Counted from the stretch's first letter, positions 11,165 to 21,771 are shown. The stretch: 57,810 nt of DNA from Synechococcus sp. (GCA_051439425.1 JBFRWD010000120.1:1-57810), one strand, 5' to 3'. The notes: a model not told the origin generated them from the letters alone. Program-made: numbers and translations.

Positions 11165-13561
11165 TTGGGATACCCTGACCACATGTGCTGGGATGATTGG
11201 CGATATATGGTGGATGGTCCACACAGCAATGCAGTCGAGACGCCACATGCCGAGCAGCCTGCGCTGCTCGTTCATTCCGAGCGCCCGATCCACGCACCGG
11301 GGTATATCCAGCCTCACGGCTGGTTGGCGGCTGTATCTCTGGGCGATCGCTCGATCCTGGCCATCAGCAGTAACGTCAGTGAATTTGTTGGTTATTCACC
11401 CGAAGAGCTGCTCAGCCAACCAATCGAAATGCTGTTAGTGTCCGAGCGATTCGAGTCACTCTGTCAGTCACTGGATTCGTCACAGTCCGATCGTGGATTG
11501 GTGCCCAACGTGACAATCTCTTGTGTCGACGAAAGCCAAAGATCCTTTAGTACTTGGTGTCATTATCAGGGCGATCGTCTGCTGCTAGAGTTCGAGCCCA
11601 TCCATCCCCCCAGCACTTCCAATCGACTCAGTACTCAATCTCAACTCAATCGAACCATCGCAACGCTGCAAGCAGCATCCGATATCCAGCTGCTATTGGA
11701 GAGAGTTGTCGAAGAGGTACGACATTACACCCAATTCGATCGCGTTCTTGCCTACCAATTTGACGACAACGGCTCGGGCAGCGTTGTGGCGGAATCTAAT
11801 GGCGAGCTGTTTCCCAGTTTTTTAGGGTTGCGCTTCCCTGCAGTCGACGTGCCGAATGACGTACGCGAGCTGTACACCCGCTGTCACATCCGATATGTCC
11901 GCGATGTCGAGGCTGCTGAGATTGAGCTGCTATCAACCGATAACGATCCGCAACTGGCGTCGACATTAGATTTGACCTATGCCATTTTGCGCAGTCCCGA
12001 TCCGTGCAGCATCCAGTATTTGAAAAATATTGGCGTGTCGTCGCTGCTCTTTCTCTCACTGATTCGAAACGGACATCTTTGGGGATTCATCTCCTGCCAT
12101 AACACCACAGCCACAAACGTCAGCACCGATCTTCTGGCCACCTGCGAGCTGCTCGGCCAAATTGCCTCTTTGCAACTGTCTAGCGTGTCACAGAACGAAG
12201 ATCGCGTGTACCGGCTGCTGTTGCAGTCGGTTAGAGCCGATTTCATCCGAGCCACCCGAAATGCCGAAACCCTTAAAGATGCACTGTTTCAACAGGGAGA
12301 ACTACTGCTCCGAATGGTTGGAGCCAGCGGCGCAGCCTTCTGTGTGGATGGACATATTTCCCTGCAAGGCAATACCCCCACAATCGAGCAGGTTCGGGAG
12401 TTACTGCTCTGGCTGAAAGCACCAGCACTGACGGACGCAGTTCCAGAAAGCTTACTCAACGAAGATGTATTTGCCACACATCATCTGGCAACTATCTATC
12501 CAGGCGCGGAAGACATCACCACATCCGCTAGTGGACTACTGCTGCTGTGGATTTCCAGAATCCGAAACTCGGCAATTCTTTGGTTTCGCCCCGAATTGCT
12601 GCACACAGTCGATTGGGCGGGCGAACCGTCTGCCAACGTACATGCAGACAGCAAGGGGATCGCTCTAACCCCAAGAAACTCGTTCGAGATGTGGCAAGAA
12701 ACGGTCAAAATGCAAGCCGAGCCGTGGAAGCCTTGCGAAATTGACAGCGCCAATGAGTTGCGGAATTCATTAGTCAATTTATTGATCGCCAAGTTAGAAG
12801 AACTGGCCCAAACCAATCGCGAATTGGAGCGGAGCAACAATGAGCTGGATTCGTTTGCCTATGCCGCATCCCACGATCTTAAAGAACCCTTGCGGGGCAT
12901 CCACAACTACTCCATGTTTCTATTGGAGGACTATGCAGATCGCCTAGATGAAGGGGGACTCAGTCGCCTCAAGACCTTAGTCCGCTTAACCCATCGAATG
13001 GACTCGCTGATTGATGTGTTGCTGCAGTTCGCTCAAATTGGGCGAGAGGACTTGCAACTACAGTCGGTCGACTTAAACGGGAGCGTTCAGCAAGCGATCG
13101 AACTGGTGACGGTCAGCAGGCGAGATATTCACCCAACATTTACCATTCCGAGATCGCTCCCAACTATTGACTGCGATCCGGTGCTAATGGAGCAAGTATT
13201 TAGCAACTTATTCAGCAATGCCCTCAAATACACCAATTCTTCGGATATTCAGGTAGAAGTTGGCTATCTTACACCAGATGAATTCCGGCAAATAGATTCC
13301 GAGGTTGCTGAAACGGACCGCCTGTCGTCATTCGTGTTGTATGTGAAAGATAACGGCATTGGCATCCGCAAGCATCACCTCAAAACAATATTTCGTCTCT
13401 TTAAACGCTTGCATGCTCCCAAAAAATACGGGGGAGGTACTGGAGCGGGTCTTACCATTGTGAAAAAAATTGTCGAACGCCACGGCGGTCAGATTTGGGT
13501 GAGTTCGGAATATGGAACAGGCTCGACATTCTTTATCGCTAATATCGATCGCTCCGCGTAG
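11165..13561 (+). CDS. knotted phytochrome-type histidine kinase (PAS-GAF-PHY-HisKA-HATPase), Cph1/BphP-like
   Basis: PIH.PG.IQPHG, FDRVLAYQF, FPAVDVP, LRSPDPCSIQYL, tongue WAG..PRNSF..W, H-box ASHDLKEPLR, N/G boxes; start may be ATG 11183 or 11207. Confidence 0.93.
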   Translation: MGYPDHMCWDDWRYMVDGPHSNAVETPHAEQPALLVHSERPIHAPGYIQPHGWLAAVSLGDRSILAISSNVSEFVGYSPEELLSQPIEMLLVSERFESLCQSLDSSQSDRGLVPNVTISCVDESQRSFSTWCHYQGDRLLLEFEPIHPPSTSNRLSTQSQLNRTIATLQAASDIQLLLERVVEEVRHYTQFDRVLAYQFDDNGSGSVVAESNGELFPSFLGLRFPAVDVPNDVRELYTRCHIRYVRDVEAAEIELLSTDNDPQLASTLDLTYAILRSPDPCSIQYLKNIGVSSLLFLSLIRNGHLWGFISCHNTTATNVSTDLLATCELLGQIASLQLSSVSQNEDRVYRLLLQSVRADFIRATRNAETLKDALFQQGELLLRMVGASGAAFCVDGHISLQGNTPTIEQVRELLLWLKAPALTDAVPESLLNEDVFATHHLATIYPGAEDITTSASGLLLLWISRIRNSAILWFRPELLHTVDWAGEPSANVHADSKGIALTPRNSFEMWQETVKMQAEPWKPCEIDSANELRNSLVNLLIAKLEELAQTNRELERSNNELDSFAYAASHDLKEPLRGIHNYSMFLLEDYADRLDEGGLSRLKTLVRLTHRMDSLIDVLLQFAQIGREDLQLQSVDLNGSVQQAIELVTVSRRDIHPTFTIPRSLPTIDCDPVLMEQVFSNLFSNALKYTNSSDIQVEVGYLTPDEFRQIDSEVAETDRLSSFVLYVKDNGIGIRKHHLKTIFRLFKRLHAPKKYGGGTGAGLTIVKKIVERHGGQIWVSSEYGTGSTFFIANIDRSA

Positions 13562-13949
13562 CCCAGACTTACCCAACCAGAGCCTTTCATCAACCAGCAA
13601 CATGAATTGGCAAAGCTTGCTTGGCAGAGCTTGTGAGGAGGGAATGCCCCAAGCCGCAACGGAGGCTGGGACACACCCACACCATGTACGTGCAATGGAT
13701 CGCTGAGTAATGCATCCCAATTCTTAGGGAAATGATAAGAATAGGTATATATACACATCGATAAGTTAGAGTGGCTCGTGCTGCAGAACTCCAAGTAGGG
13801 TCAAGTTCCAGGCGCCGGTGTGTTGGAAAGAAAATCTTAAGAAAAAATTGGGATATTCCCTCAATGGTGCAAAAAACTCCAAAATGAGGCACTAATATTG
13901 CGTTTCTTTAAGCAAAAGATGTCGTTATTAGGTGGTGCATTCAAGCTTT

Positions 13950-14444
13950 ATGGATAAAGCGACTGAACTCCTGGTTGTTGTTGAAGATAGCGACGAAGAC
14001 TATTACGCCCTTCATCGAGCTATCAAGAAGGTGTGCGCCCCAACTCATGTCGTTCGCTGCACGGATGGAGATGAAGCCCTCGACTTTATCCGTGGAACAC
14101 CCCTTTTAGCCGAACAACTCAGTTCTGTAGAGTCAACCGCCAAACATCCGACAGCAGTTTTGCTAGATCTCAACCTGCCCGGAACTGATGGACGAGAGGT
14201 ATTGGAGCAACTGAAGCAGGACAAGCGCTATAAGTCCATTCCCGTAGTCATATTCTCAACCTCGTCGAACCCCAAAGATATCGACTTTTGCTATCAGACC
14301 GGGGCAAACGGTTATTTGGTAAAGCCGATGGATGTCAACGAATTGCAGAATCTCGTCAAAGCATTCGCCGATTACTGGTTGAAGTCCAACACTCCTCCAC
14401 CTAGTTCGACAACCAAAGACCTATTTCCCCTATCTGCTAAATAA
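13950..14444 (+). CDS. single-domain response regulator, Rcp1-like phytochrome partner
   Basis: VVEDSDED, LLDLNLPG, IPVVIFSTS, GANGYLVKP; follows the phytochrome; alternative GTG start 13932. Confidence 0.9.
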   Translation: MDKATELLVVVEDSDEDYYALHRAIKKVCAPTHVVRCTDGDEALDFIRGTPLLAEQLSSVESTAKHPTAVLLDLNLPGTDGREVLEQLKQDKRYKSIPVVIFSTSSNPKDIDFCYQTGANGYLVKPMDVNELQNLVKAFADYWLKSNTPPPSSTTKDLFPLSAK

Positions 14445-14839
14445 CATCCACAAGGGGAGCACAAACCAGCAGCCCTCGAATTTGGCGAGGAGAGAGCCCA
14501 CGACAATCTGGATGGGTCAACCTCTGACAATGTTGATGCCACTTGGAAAATAGACTTTCAGGCAATTAGGACATCGGGCTTCGCACACTACGAATCATCC
14601 ACGAGGCATGCGTCCCTTTTTAGGACATACTCCTATTTTGTTACACATCTATCCATTAGATTTGAAATAATGTTACGCACGGTATCTTTGTTAGCAAAAT
14701 ATGACAAATGGTATCCATATTTAAGAAAAATGAATTATGTTATACAAACAGGAATCAATGTGAAAGTTGACTGGGTAGAAGGTCATATGTCATCCCCTTC
14801 GCATCTCGCAGATACTTATCCGTTCGGACGGTAGGGAAC

Positions 14840-16570
14840 ATGATTGGTGCAGGTGCAACAGTTCAGTTCAAGTCTCTGCTGATTGTGGATGACTGCGAGG
14901 AGGATCGCTCTACCTACAAGCATTACTTAGCGAAAGACCCCAGGCAGTCTTATCAGATTTTGGAAGCGGACTGTGCTGAAGATGCACTGGCGCTCTTGAG
15001 AGAGCGGCCAGTCGACCTTGTCTTGTTGGACTTCAAGCTGCCCGAGATGGACGGCATGGAGCTTGTAGAAACGCTGGGAGCTGAGTTTCCAAAAATTCCA
15101 GCTATCTTCCTAACCGCTTATGGCAATGAGGACATTGCGGTGCGGGCCATGAAAAAGGGGGTGTCAGACTATCTTTCTAAAAACACTCTGACTGCAGAAA
15201 TTTTGCAGATGGCAGTACGCAATGCAATTGAGCAAGCTCGCCTCCAGAATTCTTTGGAGCGCAGTCGAGATCGCCAGCGATTGATTGCGGCCACGTCGTT
15301 GCTAATTCGTCATTCCCTCGATCGGGAAGAAATTTTATCCACTGCAGTGGATCAAGTGGCTCGGTTGTTGGGGAGCGATCGTGCCATTGTTTGTCAGCTG
15401 GATGCTGTTGGCGGTAGTACGGTGGTTGCCGAGTCAGTGGCCTCCGATTGGACGCCCATGTTGGGTTGCACCCGAAAGCCTCTCAGCCTGCCGATGAGAC
15501 AGGGCAACGAAAGCTGGCAACACTATCACCAAACCATTGCCAATGTGAAGACGGCGGCACTGTCTGCAGACGATCGGGACTTTCTTAGAACCTACGATGT
15601 TCAGGCCAGTACGTCAGTCCCCATTGTGGTCAGCAGGCCCGGCGATACGTCTTGCGAACTTACCCCATCCTCCCCGTGGGGCGTTTTGATCGTTCATCAG
15701 TGCTCCAGAGCCCGACAGTGGCATCCCGACGATCTAGACATCTTGAACGAGCTAGCCATTCAGTTAGCAATCGCTATCCAACAATCTGAATTACTGGCCC
15801 GTACCCAACACTCCCTAGAAGAGCAGCAAAGCTTGAATGCGTTCAAATCCAAGATTATTGGCACGGTCTCTCACGAATTTCGCACTCCTTTGACGGGAAT
15901 TTTGACAGCGGCGTCTACTCTCAAGCAGCATGGTGACCGACTGGAGTCCACAATGCGCGATCGCTGTTTGCAGATTGTCGAGCAGCGGGCCAGACATTTG
16001 GCCTGCTTGGTAGATGACATGCTGTTTGCCAGCCAGAGTCAAAGCCAGGCGGATTCCTTCCAACCTTGTCGGCTCGAGCCTGATTACTTCTTTTCCGAAA
16101 TTATTGAGGAACGCAAAGTCGCAGCCAGTACCAATCACCGCATCGAGCTGACAATTCAAGATGGTACCGAGGGGTTCTGGGGCGATCGCAACGTGCTGCG
16201 TCAGCTATTTGGTAACTTGCTCTCCAATGCCATCAAATATTCTCCGAATGGAGGGGTTATTGAGATTGCCGTTATGGGGGCAGCCGATCGCGTGTCGATC
16301 TCCGTTTCCGATAGCGGCATTGGCATTCCTGAGTCGGACGTCACCACTCTGTTCCAATCATTTAGACGGGGCAGTAACGTCGGTACAATTTCCGGGACGG
16401 GATTGGGCATGGCGATTGTCAAGTCGTGCATTGACATGCACAATGGCGAGATTTCGGTGGACAGCCAAGAGGGCCAAGGCACTCGGATAACTGTTGAGTT
16501 GCCCAAACAAGCGAATACGGTCGTGATGGAGGCTGTGGACTCGGTCGAGAAGGAAGCGATCGCGTCTTAG
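14840..16570 (+). CDS. hybrid sensor kinase (REC-GAF-HisKA-HATPase)
   Basis: LIVDD..LLDFKLP..DYLSK receiver, GAF with WGVLIVHQC..RQW, VSHEFRTPL, NLLSNAIKYS, GTGLG. Confidence 0.92.
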   Translation: MIGAGATVQFKSLLIVDDCEEDRSTYKHYLAKDPRQSYQILEADCAEDALALLRERPVDLVLLDFKLPEMDGMELVETLGAEFPKIPAIFLTAYGNEDIAVRAMKKGVSDYLSKNTLTAEILQMAVRNAIEQARLQNSLERSRDRQRLIAATSLLIRHSLDREEILSTAVDQVARLLGSDRAIVCQLDAVGGSTVVAESVASDWTPMLGCTRKPLSLPMRQGNESWQHYHQTIANVKTAALSADDRDFLRTYDVQASTSVPIVVSRPGDTSCELTPSSPWGVLIVHQCSRARQWHPDDLDILNELAIQLAIAIQQSELLARTQHSLEEQQSLNAFKSKIIGTVSHEFRTPLTGILTAASTLKQHGDRLESTMRDRCLQIVEQRARHLACLVDDMLFASQSQSQADSFQPCRLEPDYFFSEIIEERKVAASTNHRIELTIQDGTEGFWGDRNVLRQLFGNLLSNAIKYSPNGGVIEIAVMGAADRVSISVSDSGIGIPESDVTTLFQSFRRGSNVGTISGTGLGMAIVKSCIDMHNGEISVDSQEGQGTRITVELPKQANTVVMEAVDSVEKEAIAS

Positions 16571-16649
16571 GCCGATTCCAGCCTTGGGCTTTCTCCAGTC
16601 TCAGGCGGCTCGCATCAAACCACGTTCAAGCTGATGAAGACTGAGCGCT

Positions 16650-17405
16650 TCAGTTATCGGGTGGCAAGTCCTTGTCTAACTGATTCTCAAACACCAACTC
16701 CATGCTGTCTCCCCGCAGGCGGGTGACGCCATACTCAATGGGAATTCCTTGACGATCGATATTGATAGATTCCACTAGCAATATGGGGTGGTTGAGCGGC
16801 AATCCCAGCAACCGTGCATCTTGAGGTTTAACGGTGCGAGCAGAAACCGTAGTCACCTGGCGCAGATGATCGCAGCCGTACTTGTCCATTAGCAACTTAG
16901 AGATCGATCGCATCTTCGGCACACAATCCAGCAGGTCGGGGAAACGCTGTTTGGGAAAATAACTGCTGGCAACATGGATGGGTTGGTCGTCGGCGTATCC
17001 CACTCGGTCAACGGCGATCGCCAACGCTCCAAACTCGATTGCTAGATGTTTCGCTACCGATGCATCTGCCGGTAGCTCCATCGCTCGGAGTAGTTTATAG
17101 CTGCCTTGTAATCCGTGGGCTTTGAGCATTTCGTTGTAGCGTACTCGCTTGCCGATGGGATAGCGAATGGGAGGAGCGGCCACAAAGGTGCCGCGTCCGC
17201 GCTCAACCCGTAGCAAGCCTTCGTCTTTCAGTACTCCAATTGCCCGCCGCAGAGTATGGCGATTGACATCAAATCGCTCGCTGAGCTGAGTTTCAGTGGG
17301 GAGGCGATCGCCAATGGCATGCAGGCCCGCTTGAATATCGAGCCGGAGCTGTTCGGCAATCCGGACATAGAGGGGAATGGGACTGGGGTCGAGGGGCGAT
17401 CGCAT
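16650..17405 (-). CDS. phnF: phosphonate metabolism regulator PhnF (GntR/HutC family)
   Basis: LPTETQLSERFDVNRHTLRRA, GRGTFV, YPIGKRVRY, UTRA domain; divergent from phnG. Confidence 0.93.
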   Translation of the reverse strand: MRSPLDPSPIPLYVRIAEQLRLDIQAGLHAIGDRLPTETQLSERFDVNRHTLRRAIGVLKDEGLLRVERGRGTFVAAPPIRYPIGKRVRYNEMLKAHGLQGSYKLLRAMELPADASVAKHLAIEFGALAIAVDRVGYADDQPIHVASSYFPKQRFPDLLDCVPKMRSISKLLMDKYGCDHLRQVTTVSARTVKPQDARLLGLPLNHPILLVESINIDRQGIPIEYGVTRLRGDSMELVFENQLDKDLPPDN

Positions 17406-17502
17406 GCGGGCGAGATTTAGCGTCTATTACTACTGCCTGGTTATAGCCGTTGGAAGGAAATATGGCTCTCAGCACTTGAAACTTAGCAGGAATAGCAGTA
17501 CA

Positions 17503-17530
17503 AAATTTGTATAGACATCTATATAAATTT
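17503..17530. promoter_or_regulatory. inverted repeat, candidate PhnF operator
   Basis: AAATTTGTATAGA-CA-TCTATATAAATTT (12/13 arm match) containing the HutC-subfamily-like core GTATAGAC, in the phnF/phnG divergent spacer. Confidence 0.65.
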
Positions 17531-17596
17531 AAGAACAGGTTATCGCTTCGTTAATGAGGCGCACCTTGAATGAAGCCCGACTTGGCCAGGATAGAC

Positions 17597-18061
17597 ATGG
17601 ACATCGACACACCAGAACAGTCAGACCGGCAGCGATGGATGGCAACACTAGCAAAATCTACATTGGCCGATCTGGAAAAACACTTGGCAGAGTTAGGCGT
17701 ACCTGACTACACGATGTTGAGAGCACCGGAAATCGGATTAGTAATGGTGCGCGGGCGGGCGGGGGGAACGGGGCAACCGTTCAACTTAGGGGAAATGACA
17801 GTGACCCGCTGTGTCGTGCAAATGTCTGGCCCCGATGGAGAGATTTCCGGATTTGGATATGTGGCAGGGCGATCGCGCCGCCATGCAGAACTGGCTGCTG
17901 TTGGAGATGCTCTGATGCAGCATCCGAGCTGGCGAGAACGCGTTGAAGAGAGGGCGATCGTCCCGCTACAGGTGATCGCGGCCCAACAACGGGAGCTGCA
18001 GCAGGAGCAAACAGCATCCACTCGCGTGAATTTCTTCACCATGCCCCGAGGAGAAAGCTAA
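17597..18061 (+). CDS. phnG: C-P lyase subunit PhnG
   Basis: RQRWMATLA, PEIGLVMVRGRAGGTGQPFNLGEMTVTRC, TRVNFFTM.RG; alternative start 17570. Confidence 0.95.
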   Translation: MDIDTPEQSDRQRWMATLAKSTLADLEKHLAELGVPDYTMLRAPEIGLVMVRGRAGGTGQPFNLGEMTVTRCVVQMSGPDGEISGFGYVAGRSRRHAELAAVGDALMQHPSWRERVEERAIVPLQVIAAQQRELQQEQTASTRVNFFTMPRGES

Positions 18062-18735
18062 TGACTAGGACGCTAATGTCTCCCACTCACTATCCCGGTT
18101 TCAGCAACATTACATTTGACGCTCAGCAAACATTTCGAGCATTGCTCCACGCCCTCTCCCATCCTGGTTCTCCAATGGAGATCGGAGTTCAACTGGGCCA
18201 TCCCGATGACTTGCATCCGGCTTGTGCCGCCGCCTGTTTGACCCTGCTAGGTATCGATACCCAAGTGTGGGTGCAACCAGACTTTAGTTCGGAAGTCGCG
18301 GATTGGCTGGTGTTTCATGCCGGTTGTCGAGTTGTGGATAGCTCTCGGGAGGCTGACTTTGCACTGGTGAAACAAGGTCAACGATTACCATCTCTGACCC
18401 AATTCAACTGGGGAACTCCCGAGATTCCCGAGCAGTCCACAACGGTACTGGTGCAAACAGACAGGTTTGATCTCGGTACATCGGTGGTCATTCAAGGGCC
18501 GGGAATTCAGGCACAGCAGGATATCGTCCTCGGCGAATTGCCCGATCGCTTTTGGTCGCAATGGCAAGAAAACGCTCACAGCTATCCACTGGGCATCGAC
18601 ATGCTGTGGTTCTGCGATCGCCACGTTATTGGTCTGCCCCGCACCTCCCGCCTAGTCTCGCCTATCCAAGACGCAGACAATTCTGAAACCAACACAAAAT
18701 CCCAGACTACAGAGGTGACCCCATGTCTTACGTAG
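18061..18735 (+). CDS. phnH: C-P lyase subunit PhnH
   Basis: AQQTFRALL.ALSHPG, GTPE.PEQSTT, GPGI, YPLGID, GLPRT. Confidence 0.95.
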   Translation: MTRTLMSPTHYPGFSNITFDAQQTFRALLHALSHPGSPMEIGVQLGHPDDLHPACAAACLTLLGIDTQVWVQPDFSSEVADWLVFHAGCRVVDSSREADFALVKQGQRLPSLTQFNWGTPEIPEQSTTVLVQTDRFDLGTSVVIQGPGIQAQQDIVLGELPDRFWSQWQENAHSYPLGIDMLWFCDRHVIGLPRTSRLVSPIQDADNSETNTKSQTTEVTPCLT

Positions 18736-19919
18736 CGGTTAAGGGGGGAGAACAGGCGATTCGTAATGCCGAGCAGTTGCTGCAAAGTTTGCGGCGGGGC
18801 GATCGCTCGGTGGCAGAACTAAGTCTGGAGCAAATTCAGGAGCAGTTGGCCCTGGCGGTGAATCGCGTCATGTGCGAGGGCAGTTTGTACGATCGGCAAT
18901 TGGCGGCCTTGGCCATCAAACAATCGTGGGGGGATCTGGTAGAGGCGGTGTTTCTGTTGCGGGCCTATCGCACCACATTGCCGAGGTTGTATTACAGCGA
19001 GGCGATCGACACCAGCCACATGAACGTGCGTCGTCGCATTTCCTCCGTCTTCAAAGATGTGCCAGGGGGGCAACGATTGGGGCCGACCTACGACTACATC
19101 CATCGGCTATTGGATTTTAAGCTGGCGGCTGAAGGGAGTGCGCCGGACTCTCCCACCCAAGAAGTAACGGCTGAAGGGATTCCGCGAGTGGTGGATACCT
19201 TGAATCAAGAGGGACTGATTCAGCCAGAGCACCCTACCGACGAGTCAAACCCACAGATTTTCGACCTGACTCGCCAGCCCCTCAACCTGCCTGCCGATCG
19301 CGATGCCCGCTTGCAAAATTTAGCCCGCGCCGATGAAGGCTTTTTATTGGGATTGGCCTATTCCACTCAACGAGGATACGGCACCAGCCATCCATTTGCT
19401 GGAGAAATTCGCATGGGGGATGTGGAGGTTTGTATTTGCCCGGAAGAGCTGGGATTTGAAGTGGCGATCGCCGACATCGAGGTCACCGAAGTTCAGATGG
19501 TGAACCAATTTAAGGGCAGTAAAACTCAACCGCCACAGTTTTCTCGCGGGTACGGCCTCACATTTGGTTATAACGAGCGCAAAGCCATGTCGATGGCCTT
19601 AGTCGATCGCGCCATGCGGGCAGAGGAGATGGGAGAAGCGATCGTCGGACCTGCCCAAGATCCCGAATTTGTCCTCTATCACTCGGACAACGTCGAAGCA
19701 CAAGGCTTCGTCCAACACCTCAAACTCCCCCACTACATCGACTTCCAAGCAGAGATGAGCGTGGTTAGACAACTACGCCAGGAGTACGACGCCGCCCAAG
19801 CCAAGTCAGAATCCAGTGAACCTCCAATGGCCTCCGAGCGAAACGGAGCAAAAGAACCGGCGATCGTTCCAGCTCCCCCAACCTCCATCCCCTCAGAACC
19901 CGAAAAAATTCCGACCTAA
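18723..19919 (+). CDS. phnI: C-P lyase subunit PhnI
   Basis: YVAVKGGEQAI, EGSLYD, FLLRAYRTTLPR, HLKLPHYIDFQ. Confidence 0.97.
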   Translation: MSYVAVKGGEQAIRNAEQLLQSLRRGDRSVAELSLEQIQEQLALAVNRVMCEGSLYDRQLAALAIKQSWGDLVEAVFLLRAYRTTLPRLYYSEAIDTSHMNVRRRISSVFKDVPGGQRLGPTYDYIHRLLDFKLAAEGSAPDSPTQEVTAEGIPRVVDTLNQEGLIQPEHPTDESNPQIFDLTRQPLNLPADRDARLQNLARADEGFLLGLAYSTQRGYGTSHPFAGEIRMGDVEVCICPEELGFEVAIADIEVTEVQMVNQFKGSKTQPPQFSRGYGLTFGYNERKAMSMALVDRAMRAEEMGEAIVGPAQDPEFVLYHSDNVEAQGFVQHLKLPHYIDFQAEMSVVRQLRQEYDAAQAKSESSEPPMASERNGAKEPAIVPAPPTSIPSEPEKIPT

Positions 19920-19930
19920 CTGCCATCTTC

Positions 19931-19962
19931 AAAGTCCCCCACTTGTGGGGGATTTAGGGGGC
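19931..19962. repeat. cyanobacterial-type short dispersed repeat / hairpin
   Basis: AAAGTCCCCCACTTGTGGGGGATTTAGGGGGC with a CCCCCAC/GTGGGGG stem in the phnI-phnJ spacer; resembles intergenic dispersed repeats of cyanobacteria (from memory). Confidence 0.55.
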
Positions 19963-19993
19963 CACTCCCCATTCCCAATCCCCCCCAAAAAAC

Positions 19994-20905
19994 ATGCCAA
20001 CCCCATCCTCAACTTCTCCAATCAACACCGAAGTCGAAACCGGCTTTAACTTCGCCTACCTAGACGAACAAACAAAACGCTCCCTCCGCCGCTCCCTGCT
20101 TAAAGCCGTCGCCATCCCCGGGCACCAAATTCCCTTTAGCTCTCGCGAAATGCCGATGTCGTATGGCTGGGGCACTGGTGGCATCCAAGTCACCGCGTCG
20201 GTCATCGGCCCCGACGACACCCTCAAAGTCATCGACCAAGGGGCCGACGACACCACCAACGCCGTCAACATTCGTCGCTTCTTTAGCAAAGTTTGCGGCG
20301 TCACCACTACGGAAAAGACGACGGAAGCCACGGTCTTGCAAACCCGCCACCGCATCCCCGAAACCCCGCTGCAGGAGGGTCAAATTCTGGTGTACCAGGT
20401 GCCCATTCCAGAACCGCTGCGCTGGCTAGAGCCATCGGAAGTGGAAACCCGCAAGATGCACGCTCTGGAAGACTACGGCTGCATGCACGTGCAACTGTAC
20501 GAGGACATCGCCCGCTATGGCCACATCTCTACCGCCTACGACTATCCGGTCATGGTGCACGATCGCTATCTCATGCGCCCCAGTCCCATCCCCCGGTTCG
20601 ACAACCCAAAAATGGATCGCAACCCAGCACTGCAACTTTTTGGAGCCGGTCGCGAAAAGCGGTTGTATGCCATTCCCCCCTTCACCCAAGTCAAAAGCCT
20701 AGATTTTGAGGACTATCCGTTCGAAGTTGAGAGTTGGGAGCAATCCTGCCAACTGTGCGGGGCGGACGACAGCTATTTAGACGAAATTATCCTCAACGAT
20801 CGTGGCGATCGCCTTTGGGTATGTTCCGACACCGACTACTGTCAAACCCGACAAGCCCAGGGGTTCAATGGCGACTCTGCACCCGTCCCTGTCGAACTGT
20901 CGTAA
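19994..20905 (+). CDS. phnJ: radical-SAM C-P lyase PhnJ
   Basis: FAYLDEQTKR, YGWGTGG, DQGADDTTNA, CQLC..CSDTDYC Fe-S ligands. Confidence 0.98.
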   Translation: MPTPSSTSPINTEVETGFNFAYLDEQTKRSLRRSLLKAVAIPGHQIPFSSREMPMSYGWGTGGIQVTASVIGPDDTLKVIDQGADDTTNAVNIRRFFSKVCGVTTTEKTTEATVLQTRHRIPETPLQEGQILVYQVPIPEPLRWLEPSEVETRKMHALEDYGCMHVQLYEDIARYGHISTAYDYPVMVHDRYLMRPSPIPRFDNPKMDRNPALQLFGAGREKRLYAIPPFTQVKSLDFEDYPFEVESWEQSCQLCGADDSYLDEIILNDRGDRLWVCSDTDYCQTRQAQGFNGDSAPVPVELS

Positions 20906-20937
20906 TTCATTAGTCACATCATCAAAATTCAGCCGCC

Positions 20938-21771
20938 ATGACTCAAGCGCTCCATCAACCAACGTCGATATTCTCCGATAGTGGAACACCTGCCAAGACG
21001 CGATCGCCACTCTTGCAGGTGCGAGACCTATGTAAGAACTTCGGGCAAGTTCAAGCCTGCGATCGCGTCTGTTTCGATCTCTATCCCGGTCAAGTGTTGG
21101 GTATTGTCGGTGAATCCGGCTCCGGGAAGTCCACGCTGCTCAATTCGCTGGCAGGAAAGTTGTTTCTCGATTCTGGCACCATCACCTACCGTTCCGTGGG
21201 CAGAGATGTGTTGGAGTTGACAGGGATTTCAGAGCCGCGTTTGCGACGATTGATGCGCACGGAATGGGGGTTCGTGCAGCAAAACCCGCGGGATGGATTG
21301 CGCATGAATGTCAGTGCTGGGGCCAATATTGGCGAGCGGTTGATGGATGTGGGAGTGCGTCATTACGGCTCTATTCGGTCAACAGCAGCCGATTGGTTGA
21401 GCAAAGTTGAGATTGACGAAGATCGCATCGATCACCTGCCCCACACCTTTTCGGGGGGGATGCAACAGCGCCTGCAGTTGGCGCGGATTTTGGTGACCGA
21501 GCCCAGAGTGATTTTGATGGACGAACCCACTGGAGGGCTGGACGTATCGGTGCAGGCCCGCCTACTGGATTTGCTGCGATCGCTGGTGCGCAATCTCAAT
21601 CTCAGCGTCATTTTGGTCACCCACGATATAGGTGTCGTACGCCTCCTGGCTCATCAACTATTGGTGATGCGCTACGGCCAAGTGGTGGAGGCGGGGCTGA
21701 CCGACCAAGTCTTGGACGATCCTCAGCATCCCTACACCCAGCAATTGGTGAGTGCTACGTTAACCCCTTAA
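20938..21771 (+). CDS. phnK: C-P lyase ABC-type ATPase PhnK
   Basis: GESGSGKST, RTEWGFV.QNPRDGLRM, FSGGMQQR, DQVLDDPQHPYTQ. Confidence 0.96.
   Translation: MTQALHQPTSIFSDSGTPAKTRSPLLQVRDLCKNFGQVQACDRVCFDLYPGQVLGIVGESGSGKSTLLNSLAGKLFLDSGTITYRSVGRDVLELTGISEPRLRRLMRTEWGFVQQNPRDGLRMNVSAGANIGERLMDVGVRHYGSIRSTAADWLSKVEIDEDRIDHLPHTFSGGMQQRLQLARILVTEPRVILMDEPTGGLDVSVQARLLDLLRSLVRNLNLSVILVTHDIGVVRLLAHQLLVMRYGQVVEAGLTDQVLDDPQHPYTQQLVSATLTP

Noticed and set aside
11183..11188. Cys in MCWDD as a biliverdin attachment site
   Set aside because: Too far from the PIH motif and may lie upstream of the true start.
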